Source of the DNA: Balanoglossus misakiensis
Lineage: Eukaryota; Animalia; Hemichordata
Reading direction: 5' to 3'
DNA length: 64,000 nucleotides
Assembly: GCA_040954595.2 (NCBI GenBank)
Contig: CM082598.2
Span: 3,528,465-3,592,464 of the forward strand
This document shows, in pieces, positions 42,001-53,814 of the stretch. The first letter of the stretch is position 1. Each line of letters begins with the position of its first letter. The notes below the pieces were generated by a model. The model had not been told where the DNA came from, did no database searches, and saw only the letters and a program-made list of their open reading frames with translations. The translations under genes and the position numbers were made by a program.

Positions 42001-45000
42001 ATGTGGTATGGCAATTGGAGCTTTTCTTTCAGGCTGAGTATTTCTGTCTGTCTGTCTGTCTGTGTCTGCATGTGCACTGCAAATATTTAGGAACCACTGC
42101 ATGTATCACTAACTGAATGTTTACAATGATTTTATGTAGAAATATTTACGTACAAAGTAATAAAAGTTCTTAATTTTGTTACCCCAAACTTTTTCCCCTT
42201 TTTCAGTACATGCCATCTCCAACAATCGAAGAGAGACTGAAGAAGACCTTCACGTATCAGCTTGGCGATCGATACTGCCTCATCTGCTGTGAAAAAGTCC
42301 CGGAAATCTTAACTGTTAGTACTGATATTTATTTTGATAATTGGTCCTCGGGGTTCATACTCTGTAATCTGTATAAATGTCCTCTTTCAAGTTGTTTGAT
42401 TTGTGTTGATGTTGATATAAGGTCGAGCATTACTCTCTTTGATTTCTGATTTAAAGTTGTACTTTGTTCGACTTTAACACCCAAGAAAGCAATATTAGTA
42501 GTTTACATTGGAAAAAGGGGTTATTTATTATAACGGTAAGAAAAATAATTGCTGCCAATGAATCTATTAATGTTATTATACTTGATTGTGTGACTTTCTG
42601 TTTATTAGTGTTCACTAGTCGGTCTAGCTACGCATTCATGTATCAATTTTACTCCAAATGGAACTACATGAACACTATTTTTTCTACCTCACACAGCATG
42701 CAAAGCATCTATCATTGGTGCAACACAAACAGATGCATAACATGTTTGACTGCTTTCTGAAGATTGGGGCGATCATGGAAGATTTCTTCAGGCCTGGGAA
42801 AAAAGAGAGTGCCCTGTCGAGAGCGGTAAGTTCAATTGTTGTTTGAAACAGAGCAAAACCTTGGACATGAGATTATTTTCCTCAATTACCTGCCATCAAT
42901 GAAGTTACGGTACATTTTGTTCCACACTGAAAGCCTTTGAACTATTCTTGGAAGAAACCATGCCAGGTCACCAGGGTAGCAGTACAAAGGGTATTTATTA
43001 TTTCAAATAATTGCAAATAATTTACAGGTACAGGGGTATACCATAGCATGCAATTTTAGCATCTGTATTAATACAATGATTGATTTGCAGGTACAGTACG
43101 AGAAAAGGTTGTCTGGCGGCGGGAAACAACACAAATATTACTGTGCTGTATGCAGGGTTTCGTGTTCAGGAGTTAAGGTATGCAATCACTCTGCTTGTAG
43201 ACTTTTTTCTGTATGTTGCAACATTGTAGCCTCTTTGTCACACTTTGTAACCTTTTTCGCATGTTGCTACATTGTAACACCTTTGTCACACTTTGTTATT
43301 AATGATTTTATATGTTGCAACATTGTGGCCTCTTTGTCACACTTTGTAACCTTTTTTTTGCATGTTGCTACATTGTAACACCTTTGTCACACTTTGTTAT
43401 TAACAGTTTTGTATGTTGCAACATTGTAGCCTCTTCGTCACACTTTGTAACCTTTTTTTCGCATGTTGCTACATTGTAACACCTTTGTCACACTTTGTTA
43501 TTAATGATTTTATATGTTGCAACATTGTAGCCTCTTCGTCACACTTTGTAACCTTTTTTTCGCATGTTGCTACATTGTAACACCTTTGTCACACTTTGTT
43601 ATTAACAGTTTTGTATGTTGCAACATTGTAGCCTCTTCGTCACACTTTGTAACCTTTTTTTCGCATGTTGCTACATTGTAACATATTTGTCACACTGATA
43701 TTAACTGTTTTGTATGTTGCAACATTGTAACACTTCCATATCACCTTTGTCATATTCACTGACACTTACGTGCATTTATGGTTCGTAGCATTTCAATGAC
43801 ACTCTCAACGCTAATAATTGTGTTGCTATGGATATTCCGAAAAAAGGGTTCAGAAACCTTTCAGTGTAATAATAACATGTGCATCTGTTTCATTGTTAAT
43901 CCCAGGCAGCTAAGGTGTACAGCATTCATATGAAGACCATTGGCCACGAACAAACGAAAGAGATGTGTGAAACGCTGGTCAGAGTGAAAGAAGCAGTTAT
44001 GGAAAATGATTTGTCAGCCATACAAAACCTGAAAGAGGTGAGTGTGATTATTCTGTTTCGGATATGGAATTTCAGGTTAGAGGCAGTCCACCTGTCCAGA
44101 GCAGGCTTAGTGTGGTTGAAGTCCAGCCTGACATTGTCTTGATGTGTTATTCTCACCTCGGTTCTAGCTAGGATAGGGCACCCCCCACTAAATACTTTGC
44201 CTGAATTTGCGTTGTTTATTTTCATGGAATCCGTGCAGACATATGAAGATCAGTTCGTCAGTGAAGAAACAGAAGAAGGACCTTGGTTTTGCTTGTTATG
44301 CAACTTGGAGTACGAGGAACAAATTGTAAGTATCAAAGTAGTTAAGTTACCCACATGACAATCATATTTGAACATGGGCCATCCCAAGGAGAAAGAGGTC
44401 TTATGGGAGCGCGATACTTACAACCATACGACCCCTTTCCTGCTTGGGATGGCCCACATCGTAATGTTACTTGTGTTACTTGTTCAAATTTATTTATGAG
44501 TGATATTTTGGACTTTGTGTTACAGTTGTACAAGCAACATCTGTGTGACTCCAGACTGCACGGGATAAGGAAGATTTGCAGAGGGTCTATTTTGCACGTT
44601 CTTCAAAAGTACTGTGGAGGCGCGGTGACTGAAGTTGAAGGAAAGGCCGAAGTGAAAGCTCTGCCAACGGCAAGACCAGCCCCGCGAGATGACGGGGAAA
44701 GAAGCCAACCGATCAAAGAAAAGCCACGTGGCGCGAGTCAGCCAATCAAATCTCGAGAAAGCAGAGTGAAAACACAGACAGGAACGGTGGCACCAGACAC
44801 GCGTGTATCAGGTGATACCGTTCAGCCAATCAAAAGTGAAGATATCAAGACGCCAGTGCCTGCAGTGACATCAGACCTGCCAGTCACAATATCAGAAACG
44901 AAGATATCTGGCGCAACCACACAGAAGCTTCAACACTCTGAGAGTTCAGTGGTAAGTTTCAACGAGAATGATTGAAATACTTACTGTTATTCCCAGTGTA

Positions 45001-48000
45001 CAAATGTTCTGTAATTTTGCTCACCCAGTCATGATATACTTGCAAGCAAAATACAAAAACTGCCCCATGCACTTGGTACCCCCCTGGTTATTCACTACCC
45101 AAACATTTCCCACCCACCAATCAGGGCTAATGTTAGGGATAGAGTTTCGGGTAAGTGTCCAGGGGGTGTCTGCCCTAGAACTGACTAGCCCTCCCCAGCT
45201 GATGGTTTTGCTTTGTTGAATGAGATTCTTCTGGTTTAATTCTACCATCACCAATGTACCGAGATGAGTGACACTTTGTTGAATCTTTTTTTAAGGTCTC
45301 CGAAAAACAAGTTGTGCTGAAAGAAGAAAGCAGGAGAGACAAATTGGATCCAAAACCGGCACCAGGAAAACCTCATGTTGAGGTGAGCATCATGTTGTCT
45401 CAGGAGAAACTGTGGTTCTGATTTTCGACATTGCAGTATAGGGACAAAATGTCTGATAATTTGTACATATCCGGAAACTGCAAATTTTTGTTTTGACCAA
45501 AAATTAAGTACAGGATACAAGTTGGACACAGACATGTAGTCTTTGAGAATGTTAAAGTTAGCAGAATACAATTATATTAAATTATTTAAAAAGAATTTTT
45601 TTAAATGTCAAAATTTGGCAATTTGTCCTTTCAAATAGTTTTACACATTTTATTGTGATTTTCAGTATTTAGCAACACAGTCACTTGAAGAAAGACTGAA
45701 GAAAACCTTCACTTACAAGTTGGGTGATCGATACTGTTTGATTTGTTGTGAAAAAGTGCCTGAAAATATAACGGTAAGTAAGGTTTACGGCACACACATT
45801 TCAGTCAGTGTACATTGTAAGAACTTGATTGAACGCATTGTTTAATCCTATGTGCATGTGCGTAATTTCGTGTGTGCAAACATTGCATCCAATCCAAATG
45901 TTCTGCAAATTTTGCATTCTGATTAGAACCTGGTTCTAATTTCATTGCTAAGTCCAATCTATGATTCTCTTCACAGCCTGTGAAGCATGTCAAGTTCTTT
46001 AGACATACCCAGATGCGTGGAATGCTGGAGCGTATTTCCAACATGGGGGCGATTATCGAAGATTTGTCCAAGTCAGTGAAGAAAGAAGATGCCTTAGAAA
46101 GAGCTGTAAGCTTTGCTTTTATCACTTTTTAAGAATTTTTAGGTCCCATTTGCTATATGTATATATACCAGTGGGAACTTATGGGAATGGTTGTGTCTGT
46201 ATGTATGCATAGTTAGATGGATGGATGTCTTAGATGTTTTGCATTGCTGTCTTTGCTTGGACTGTTTTTTTTTCACGAAAATAAAGTGTAGTCACATGTT
46301 TTTTATCACAGAAAAAGTTAGAGGAAGTGCTGGAAAATGGTGCGAACAGAACTGACTACCACTGCGCTGCGTGCAGAGAAACTTGCTCAGGCAAACAGGT
46401 ATGAGCTCATTGTTGCTAATTATCTTGAAAGTATGATGTTTTTTCCAAAAGGACAACTGTCTCAAACAACTGCCCACACCCTCCAGAACCAAAGTTCTGT
46501 TTATCGGATTAACAGCACTTGGTCTGATAGTCTGCTGCATAAAAAAATCCTGTTGTTGGATTTGATTTATAGACGTATGACATTCATATGAAGAGTATCG
46601 GCCATGAACAGATCACAGAGGCAAGCAGTGCAGTCATCAAAGTGAAGAATGCTGTTCAAGAAAAAGATATGCAGCAGATAGATGTCTTAGTGCAGGTACG
46701 ATACAAATTTCCTTTACAATAATTATTAAGTCTGAAACATTTGAACTGAAGTTGCATGGTGTCGTGTGCCCATGAGGGTGATAGAGTTGATATAAATGTA
46801 GCAAGATTGAATATTTTGAGTTTGTTGTCTCAATTTCTTTTTAGGAATATGAAGAAAAGGTGAAGATGGCTTGTGATAAAAACAGGCCTTGGTTTTGTTT
46901 GGTGTGTTCTTTGACGTGCAAAGATAAGTCTGTAAGTATTGAATGATAACTTTTATGCATTACCGGTAGTAGTTGTAATTTCCCATGTGTGTGCATTTGT
47001 TGTGGTACAAGTGATTCCCAGACATAAAACTTCAAAGATGTTACTTGAAGTGGTGTGAAGATTTGTGACTTTGGTTCTAAAACCCCACACTTGCTTGCAT
47101 TTGTAATAAAATTACAACAAATTAGGCATAACAAGTCATCGATTTTGTTACAGGCATATGATCTGCACATGTCAAAATCACGTCACCACATGATAAGGAG
47201 AGTCTGTAAAGAGAGGATTTTGTGCTCGCTGCAAAGTTTTTCCCAGCGACCTACGCCTGCACCCAAAACGGAAGTGGTGAAGGAAGAGACATCTTCCTCG
47301 GAGACGGAAAGACCCGTTGCCAGCAGCTCCGGAAAACCAGAAGAAACACCGAAGAAAGAAAAGCCTTCTATAGCTCGACAACGATACGAGGATGCGATGA
47401 TTGACATCTTTGTAAGTTGACATTTCTTTATAGTTTGGTACTTGCGTAATGATAATCATTAATCCGTATTGAGCCTACCTTTAATCGGCCAGATTTAAGA
47501 CATGCTTCATTTCTTCCGTGAATTGATTTTCCTCTCAGAAACGAACCATGCCCAAGCTGTCAAGATATTACCAAAGTATTTTCGATGATACCCTGGCACT
47601 TCTCCAAGCTGTAGCCGATCTGGCCCAGCCAAGTTTGAAGGAAGCGGCATGGACTAAAATTGTAAGTAGTCATTGTTAACGGTCCTGTTACGAAGATTGT
47701 GGCTTTTTTGTAGTTAACCATGTAAAATATTTCTTTCTTTCTTTGACATGTGCCATATACAGTAGAACCTGTCTAAATCTAACACCACAGCGTCTGAAGA
47801 AATTATGAAGTTTGTAGAGAACGTTTGAACATACTATACTCATGTATTTAACATAAAATAAAACATGTTCTTCACTCACAGCAAAACATAGAAAGAAACT
47901 TGGCAAGGGGTCTACATATTGAGCAAGGTCTGCCAATGGGCAAGTGTTTCATATGTAGCAAAAAAAATGTATCCAGAAAGGTTAGTTGATTTTTAACTTT

Positions 48001-51000
48001 GTTTAGCCCATGCATGTGTGGAATTAAGCCAAAGTCTGTCGATATTATATTATCATTGCCGTATGTGAACATGTAGGTGGATTAATTTTTACAAGTTTTT
48101 GGCTTTTGTGTTCAGTTTGGCACACAGTATAATGATCAGTGTTTCCTTGTGTTTATGCTCGGCAAGCAGTGGTCATTTTCACGGAATTTCCATTATTTAA
48201 TCTTCTAGGAAGCCAGGCAGCACAAAGAGGGAAGAAAACACATCCGGCTGAGACAGATATCCGAAATTGTTATGGAAGTGAAGAAGATCATGGAAAAGAA
48301 TGATATCAGGAAGATAATCCAATTGAAAAAGGTAAGAGATGCCAATTAACATACTTTTTTGTATAGGTGTATATTATTGTGAAATAGCCGTTATAACCAG
48401 AAAACAAATTGTGTTGCTATTCGCTGCTTGAAAGAGGTCTGTAGAAACCAACAGTGAAAGATTAATATATTACAAGAGATAGAATCAGTTGGTGCAAGGC
48501 TGTTCAGAACTGTCGCAATTTCTCTTACATTACATTGAAAATTGAATTCAAATTCCACACATGAATTCAAGAAAAATATTGAGCATTTTTATTTTAAAAA
48601 ACGGAGTTGATACACTAGAAAACTAAGTCATTAGAGTTACATACATGTATATGGGGTGGTTAATATTGCATAAATGTATTCTTTTCAGATTTATGAGGAT
48701 AAATTGTACGCACGATCTAGTGATGAGGACTTTTGGCTGTGTGCAAAGTGTGACTTGTTCTGTGATAACAAAACGGTAAGTGCAAGCTCTGTTTTGTGGT
48801 GCTTTCCTTCACAAATCGAATGACCATGTATAGAGACATTAAACCTTTCACCACTATGGTCCTGTCCAAGCCATTGTTTTCTATGGTAAGGATGGACCTC
48901 TAGGGTTAAGCCCTTTAACGCTGTAGTCAAATTGTTGTCATTTTTCACTTAATTGCCCGAATTTCGCGGAGATCAATATGCCGTCACTGTTCGATAGTTC
49001 TGGGATATCATGTTTACCTCCACTGAGAACTATCTGTGGATGAATTGCAGATACTGTCCAAAAAGTCATGCACATGATGCAATTTCTCATGTCTGATGTG
49101 GACAGCGTTATGTACACAACCATTGTAACAGCCAATAATTACAGTTCAAGTGTTCATTACATTTCATTTGCTAACAAAGTGGCAAATCCGGACTTATTCA
49201 CATATCAGATGTAATATTGACTACATAGCAAAGATAAGTTCACCTCCTGGAACTCTCACTTTTGGACTTTTGTAACCCTTTTGCCGCCATGGTTTGGTCC
49301 CACATTCATTGTTGTCTGTGATAAATGTGGACCTCTGTACAGCGGAATGGGGTAGAAAGGGTCAAACTGGAGAGACTCTAATGACCGTACTTGTATTTCA
49401 TCTCTCAGAACTTCAATGAACACCTGAGGGAGCCGGCTCATACACTGAGTCATGGATGCCTGAAGGTTGTGGTGAATACACTGCGTTATCTCTATGCTGA
49501 GTTAAGCTCAAACGTCCCAGCTCTGCCTTCCACAAGTTCCAGTCAGAGTCAGGTATGTTATTAGTTTTTCATGGCTATTCCATTAAAGTCCCATTAGCTG
49601 CCACATTTTGCTTTATTGTCATGATTTGTTCATAATACTTCATCAGCTATAAATAATATCAAACCCGCATCAGTTCAGTTTTCAAGATTCTATATTCGAT
49701 CTCATTAAAAGAAAATCAGAAAAAAAAACCTTTTGTTTTTATTGAAAGTTTTACTTGACTGTTGCCAGCTGGCAAATAATTCAACATGGCCCTTTAGGAT
49801 TATAAAATTGTGTCAGTCTTTTGAAAATCTTCTGATAAGTTCATTTTTGCACATTTTTCATGGGTTATAGCTCAAAACTTATATCTGTGAAAGTCATTAC
49901 ATTGTTTTCAAATTGTTCTTCTCTCTCGATTTGTCTGCAGGAAGTTCCAATGTTGCCAATGGCAACAAGACTGCAGAAGACGTTTGTCTACAATCTTGGC
50001 GAAAGATACTGTCTTCTCTGCTGTGAGATTGTACCAAGCAAAATAGATGTAAGTCTACAAGCATTCGTAGAAGTCAGAGTATTGTATATAACATTTAGAA
50101 ATTGACTGCGACCGTCAATAAATATATTTCTGATCTTACACATATATCTTAGACATTCAATTCATTACTTTCCGGTCTATGTTTTGTAAGTAAAACATTG
50201 TAAACATGGAACTTGTCTGCCAAAGAGTTTGTGTGGTCGCTAAATATAACAATGCTAACTATGTACATGTACGTTGTGTTAACAAGCTGGTTACTGGATA
50301 TTAAGTCATGCATGCTTCCCGAATTTGAACAAGAAACTGCAGTAAAAATACTGAAAACATAACAAATAACAAAAAGTTACCGCTAATGGAGCAAGCTGTA
50401 ACTACTGTAGTCTGGTAATCACCATTTTGTGTGTTTTTTGTTTTTGTTACTGCAGTTCAAAGACCACATCACATGTACAAGACACAAAATAATCCAACAC
50501 ACATTTTCAAGGGTGTTTGCGATGGGCAGAATAATCGAAGAATTTGCTCAAGCGACGACAAGATCCAACTCGGACAAGGCTGCAGTAAGTCGTATTATCA
50601 CCATTCTTGTTGTAGGAACATAAAGAAAGTTGTAGTGGAGGCTTGTAGGTTCTGGATACAGAGATTCATTGGACGAACAAAACACATCTTGTCTGTGACA
50701 GCAGAAAACCCAAAAGTGATTAGAAAAGGAAAGGAAAAGACAGCTTCTTGAAAGATGATGTTCTCATAATCGATATCTTTCAATATAAGTAAGACGGTGC
50801 ATTTGGCAGTCCTTCTTCTCATCATCTATCATTTCAAATTTCTTTGTTTTTTTCTCTAACAGAGTGATATCAAGGATGCGATAGAAGTTGGAAAATCTAA
50901 GGAAGGCGCTTGCAGAATTTGTCATGCTGAAGCTGTATCAAAGGAGGTATGTATAAACAAAAACTTTGTGTGGTTTTTTGAACATGTACCTCATATTAAT

Positions 51001-52616
51001 TACATTACCGATACAACACCAGCAACTGTTAACTCAAATTAATGAGAATTTGTGTTAATTTCTTGCAGAAGTGCGATGAACTACACATGGCTGGTTTGAT
51101 GCACTATAGACTCCAGTTTGCTTGCCAGGCTGTCGTCATGGTAACGGAAGCTGTTAGAAGTGGCGACATGACAACAATAGGTGATTGGTTGAAGGTGAGT
51201 ATGCCTCTGAAGACAGTATACTCCTTCAGTGAGGCTCCACCCATGATGAGGTGCTAAGACAGACCGAACTGTTATCTTGTCCACCCCACACACGTAAGGG
51301 GAATGCCGTGCATACTATTGACAGAGTGAAATCAATTCAAAGATTGATACCAAGAAATTCTCATAAGTAAGTGTTCAGCCACAGGTGGGCTTCAAGTTTA
51401 TTCTCGATATTTCCAGGTACAAGATGAACCTGTAATGCAGAAAACCTCTGCTGAAGAAGATGGCACATCGAAATTAAAGTGCAGAATCTGCCGTATTGAA
51501 CTTAAAACTCAAGATGTAAGTAGGGACCGTGTTCAGTTTGTCTCAAAATGCAAGAGAGCAAAGTTCAGTGTACGAGTGACATTTTGAACTTGGCTTTTTG
51601 TGAGTTTTAGATACAGAGTAAAAACTTCACCAAAAAATATGAAAACCAAGCTAACACAGTCTCTTAATTTGTTCACTTTGCAGGCATTTCAAAACCATGT
51701 TACCAGCTCCCTACATATTGCCACCAAAGTTTGCGTAGACACCATCACGTCAGCAGTTACAAGTCTCTACAAGTCAGAAGACGTTGAAAAAGTGACAAGG
51801 AGAGGAGAAATTCCTGATGTTGGAAAACGCGGAATCGCTAATACCGAAGCAGACGGAACACGGAGTGACAGAGACGCTGAAAGTGAACAGATGGTACAAG
51901 AGTGTCCGGAAGGTAAACAAGGCACTCAGAAGGCAGTCAGGAACTCAGCTAAAGATACTGAGGACACTGTCAAAGGAATCACTATGGAACTTGTTGTCAT
52001 TGACGACATTGAACAGAAGCGAGATGGATGTGACCATCAACAAGGCACACATGATGCAGAAACAGAACACCAAGATGACAAATTTATCGGCGATGATAAC
52101 TGTGATACAAAACGAGAAAGTGACGATGATGAGGATACGGGTGATTGTATGGATGTTGATGATGAAAATGCTGCATTTACCGCTGGAGAACTTGAAGATG
52201 TTAGCGATGATGAAACGAGTGTATTAGGATCGGTTGCGACGGATGAGAAGGAGGAGCTGGGTAGTGATGAAGAGGTTGAGGATGTTGCCATGGTAGATGA
52301 CATTCGCGATGCAAGAAAAGACAGTCACGAGAACAGCGATACAAAACACGTTGAGAGAAGTACCTTGGATGATGGACTGCGATCTACAAGTTGTGATCAG
52401 GAAGAAGTTACTGTATCAACTAAACCCGAACACTTATTGAATGAAAGTTTGATGGTGACACTAGATGAAATTTGTGATGATGATGATGTGGATGATAACG
52501 ACAGTGGAAATATAGAGGAGGAGATTGAAGAGGAACATCACAATGAGGATGACATGGATTTTGATTCCATCATGGCCAGTTTCATTGTCACTGATGAAGT
52601 AGGGGAAGACACATAA
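27106..52616 (+). CDS. gene C: giant multi-zinc-finger protein (~3110 aa, ~48 exons, 19 intact matrin/U1C-type fingers in 7 tandem modules; RS-rich and Q/P-rich N-terminus, acidic C-terminus)
   Basis: Exons 27106-27184, 29804-32433, 33333-33372, 33670-33718 and 33800-33863 (these two less certain), 34125-34298, 34704-34808. Then modules 35162-37644, 37791-40103, 40361-41883, 42207-45382, 45666-47411, 47539-49552, 49941-52616. All module introns are phase-0 GT-AG; TAA at 52614-52616. Confidence 0.8.
27827..27922. mobile_element. piggyBac-like MITE copy (degenerate)
   Basis: TTAACCCTTTCACC left end; shared internal TGGTTTGTCCAAATCCATTGTT..TATGGTAA..TTGGACCTCT. Confidence 0.55.
28741..28950. 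mobile_element. TA-flanked MITE with TIR TGTAAAACACTTTA(C/T)TTTCGC
   Basis: Terminal inverted repeats of about 24 bp; a second copy in the opposite orientation lies at 38857-39030. Confidence 0.75.
34442..34606. mobile_element. Tc1/mariner-pogo-like MITE copy
   Basis: TCAAACCTGT...ACAGGTTTGAATGTA ends; internal similarity to the 16065 and 25195 copies. Confidence 0.65.
35783..36035. repeat. (CT)n microsatellite interrupted by ATCATTT
   Basis: Direct reading; intronic. Confidence 0.95.
37107..37180. repeat. (CAGTA)n microsatellite
   Basis: Direct reading; intronic. Confidence 0.9.
38857..39030. mobile_element. TA-flanked MITE (same family as 28741-28950)
   Basis: TACTGTAAAACACTTTATTTTCGCGAG ... 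CTCGCGAAAATAAAGTGTTTTACAGTA perfect inverted ends. Confidence 0.85.
39335..39630. repeat. purine-rich (GA/GACA) low-complexity tract
   Basis: Direct reading; intronic. Confidence 0.9.
40361..41883 (+). other. gene C module 3 (6 exons)
   Basis: Exons 40361-40468, 40626-40754, 40976-41050, 41178-41300, 41406-41492, 41749-41883; CLIC..HLKTKNH, CAVC..HMSSVEH, CSLC..HITSYHH. Confidence 0.85.
42207..45382 (+). other. gene C module 4 (6 exons plus a linker exon)
   Basis: Exons 42207-42314, 42697-42825, 43091-43177, 43915(or 43906)-44037, 44239-44325, 44526-44951, 45296-45382; CLIC..HLSLVQH, CAVC..HMKTIGH, CLLC..HLCDSRLH. Confidence 0.85.
43212..43735. repeat. intronic minisatellite, ~100-bp unit built from two ~50-bp subunits, about 5 copies
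   Basis: TATGTTGCAACATTGT recurs at 43212, 43311, 43412, 43513, 43614 and 43713, alternating with CATGTTGCTACATTGTAACA. Confidence 0.9.
45666..47411 (+). other. gene C module 5 (6 exons)
   Basis: Exons 45666-45773, 45977-46105, 46312-46398, 46573-46695, 46845-46931, 47154-47411; CLIC..HVKFFRH, CAAC..HMKSIGH, CLVC..HMSKSRH. Confidence 0.85.
47539..49552 (+). other. gene C module 6 (5 exons, first finger absent)
   Basis: Exons 47539-47661 (helix only, no His pair), 47882-47980, 48209-48331, 48689-48775, 49409-49552; CFIC..HKEGRKH, CAKC..HLREPAH. Confidence 0.8.
48839..48909. mobile_element. piggyBac-like MITE copy (internally deleted)
   Basis: TTAAACCTTTCACC...GGACCTCTAGGGTTAA; another copy lies in the same intron at about 49272-49365. 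Confidence 0.55.
49941..52616 (+). other. gene C module 7 and acidic terminal exon
   Basis: Exons 49941-50048, 50456-50584, 50863-50946, 51069-51194, 51417-51515, 51684-52616; CLLC..HITCTRH, CRIC..HMAGLMH, CRIC..HVTSSLH; D/E-rich tail with LMVTLDEI and FIVTDEVG. Confidence 0.85.
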
Positions 52617-52946
52617 CATTGACAAGTGAAAACCACTTATTTTTAAGACAAGAAGGCAGTCTTTATTTCCTTCAGAAGGAACTTGTATGTACACTCTTTA
52701 TTTCATTTAGATTGTATACTTTGTTACAAATAGTAGTTATCTTCAAAGTAGAAGTTAACTGTATTTTAAATCGAACTGAGGACCCTAGAAAATTCGAGTT
52801 CGGCCACTAGGTGGAATCCTAGCGGTAAACAATATACTCCCAGTTATTTTGCTTTATTGATAAATTGATGAGAAATATGGCTCAGAAAGGAGGCATTTGT
52901 TAGCTACTCTAGTGTTTCTGAAATAACCGAAAACAAAACCAGACTT

Positions 52947-52952
52947 AATAAA
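52947..52952 (+). terminator. putative polyadenylation signal of gene C
   Basis: AATAAA followed by a TTTTGTGTTGTTTGGTTTCTT downstream element. Confidence 0.55.
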
Positions 52953-53814
52953 GAGACAAAGACACCAAGTTTTGTGTTGTTTGGTTTCTTGTTTATTTTA
53001 TTCTGTATCACAACAATGACAAGTTGTCACAACTCTACTCATGCTTTGTACATGGGCGTATTAAACACTTGAATACTATGATGAAAGTTTCTGGTATCGA
53101 CCAAAAATTACTTGTGTTATACATCCACATTAAGCTTTCTTCAATGAACAGAAGAGAAGATACCAGAAGGAACTAAAATAACGAAACCATTGTCAAAAGT
53201 GGCAACTTTATCCTAAAAATGATAACTGAATGTGACAAAACGTTTCCAGTGGCGTCATAGTAGTGTTAACTGTGTTTGTTTCAAATGTTTTATTTATTGC
53301 TTCTGATAGTGGCTTAGATAGTAAATACTGTATTACAATTTATAGTCTTGATCATTATACGATGATATTTTCATCTGTAGTTCTCTCACACAAAAATAAT
53401 ATTTCCTTATACTGACATATATTTTCAAATTGTCTAAAAATCAGAGAGACGCGTGTATGTGTATGTGCGTGTGTGGGTGGGTGGGTGGGTGTGTATATAT
53501 GTAACCCTTTCTGTTTTTATTTCAAGAATTTAATATCACTCAGGAAATACAGCATTATCAACTCCTCGGGATAAAATAACTCTGAAGTAAAACACACAAT
53601 TTGACGGCATTTCTTTCTAGGGCATTGCAATGTACATCCCTCTTGATGAAGAATTTACAGCTTGGTTTTCCATATTCACGAATATGACTGGGAACCCTCA
53701 ACTTTGCCCGCAGATTGTTCTCTTCCTGTTAATTTTCCAACTGGACAATGGAGGACGAAGACCGCGTATGATTTCCTTGCATTATTGTGTATTCCTGTAG
53801 ATAAATAGATAATT

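Noticed and set aside
6721-52616. Assigning gene symbols MATR3, ZNF638 or CIZ1 to genes A-C
   Set aside because: Only short hallmarks match and the domain architecture differs; orthology cannot be established without phylogeny.
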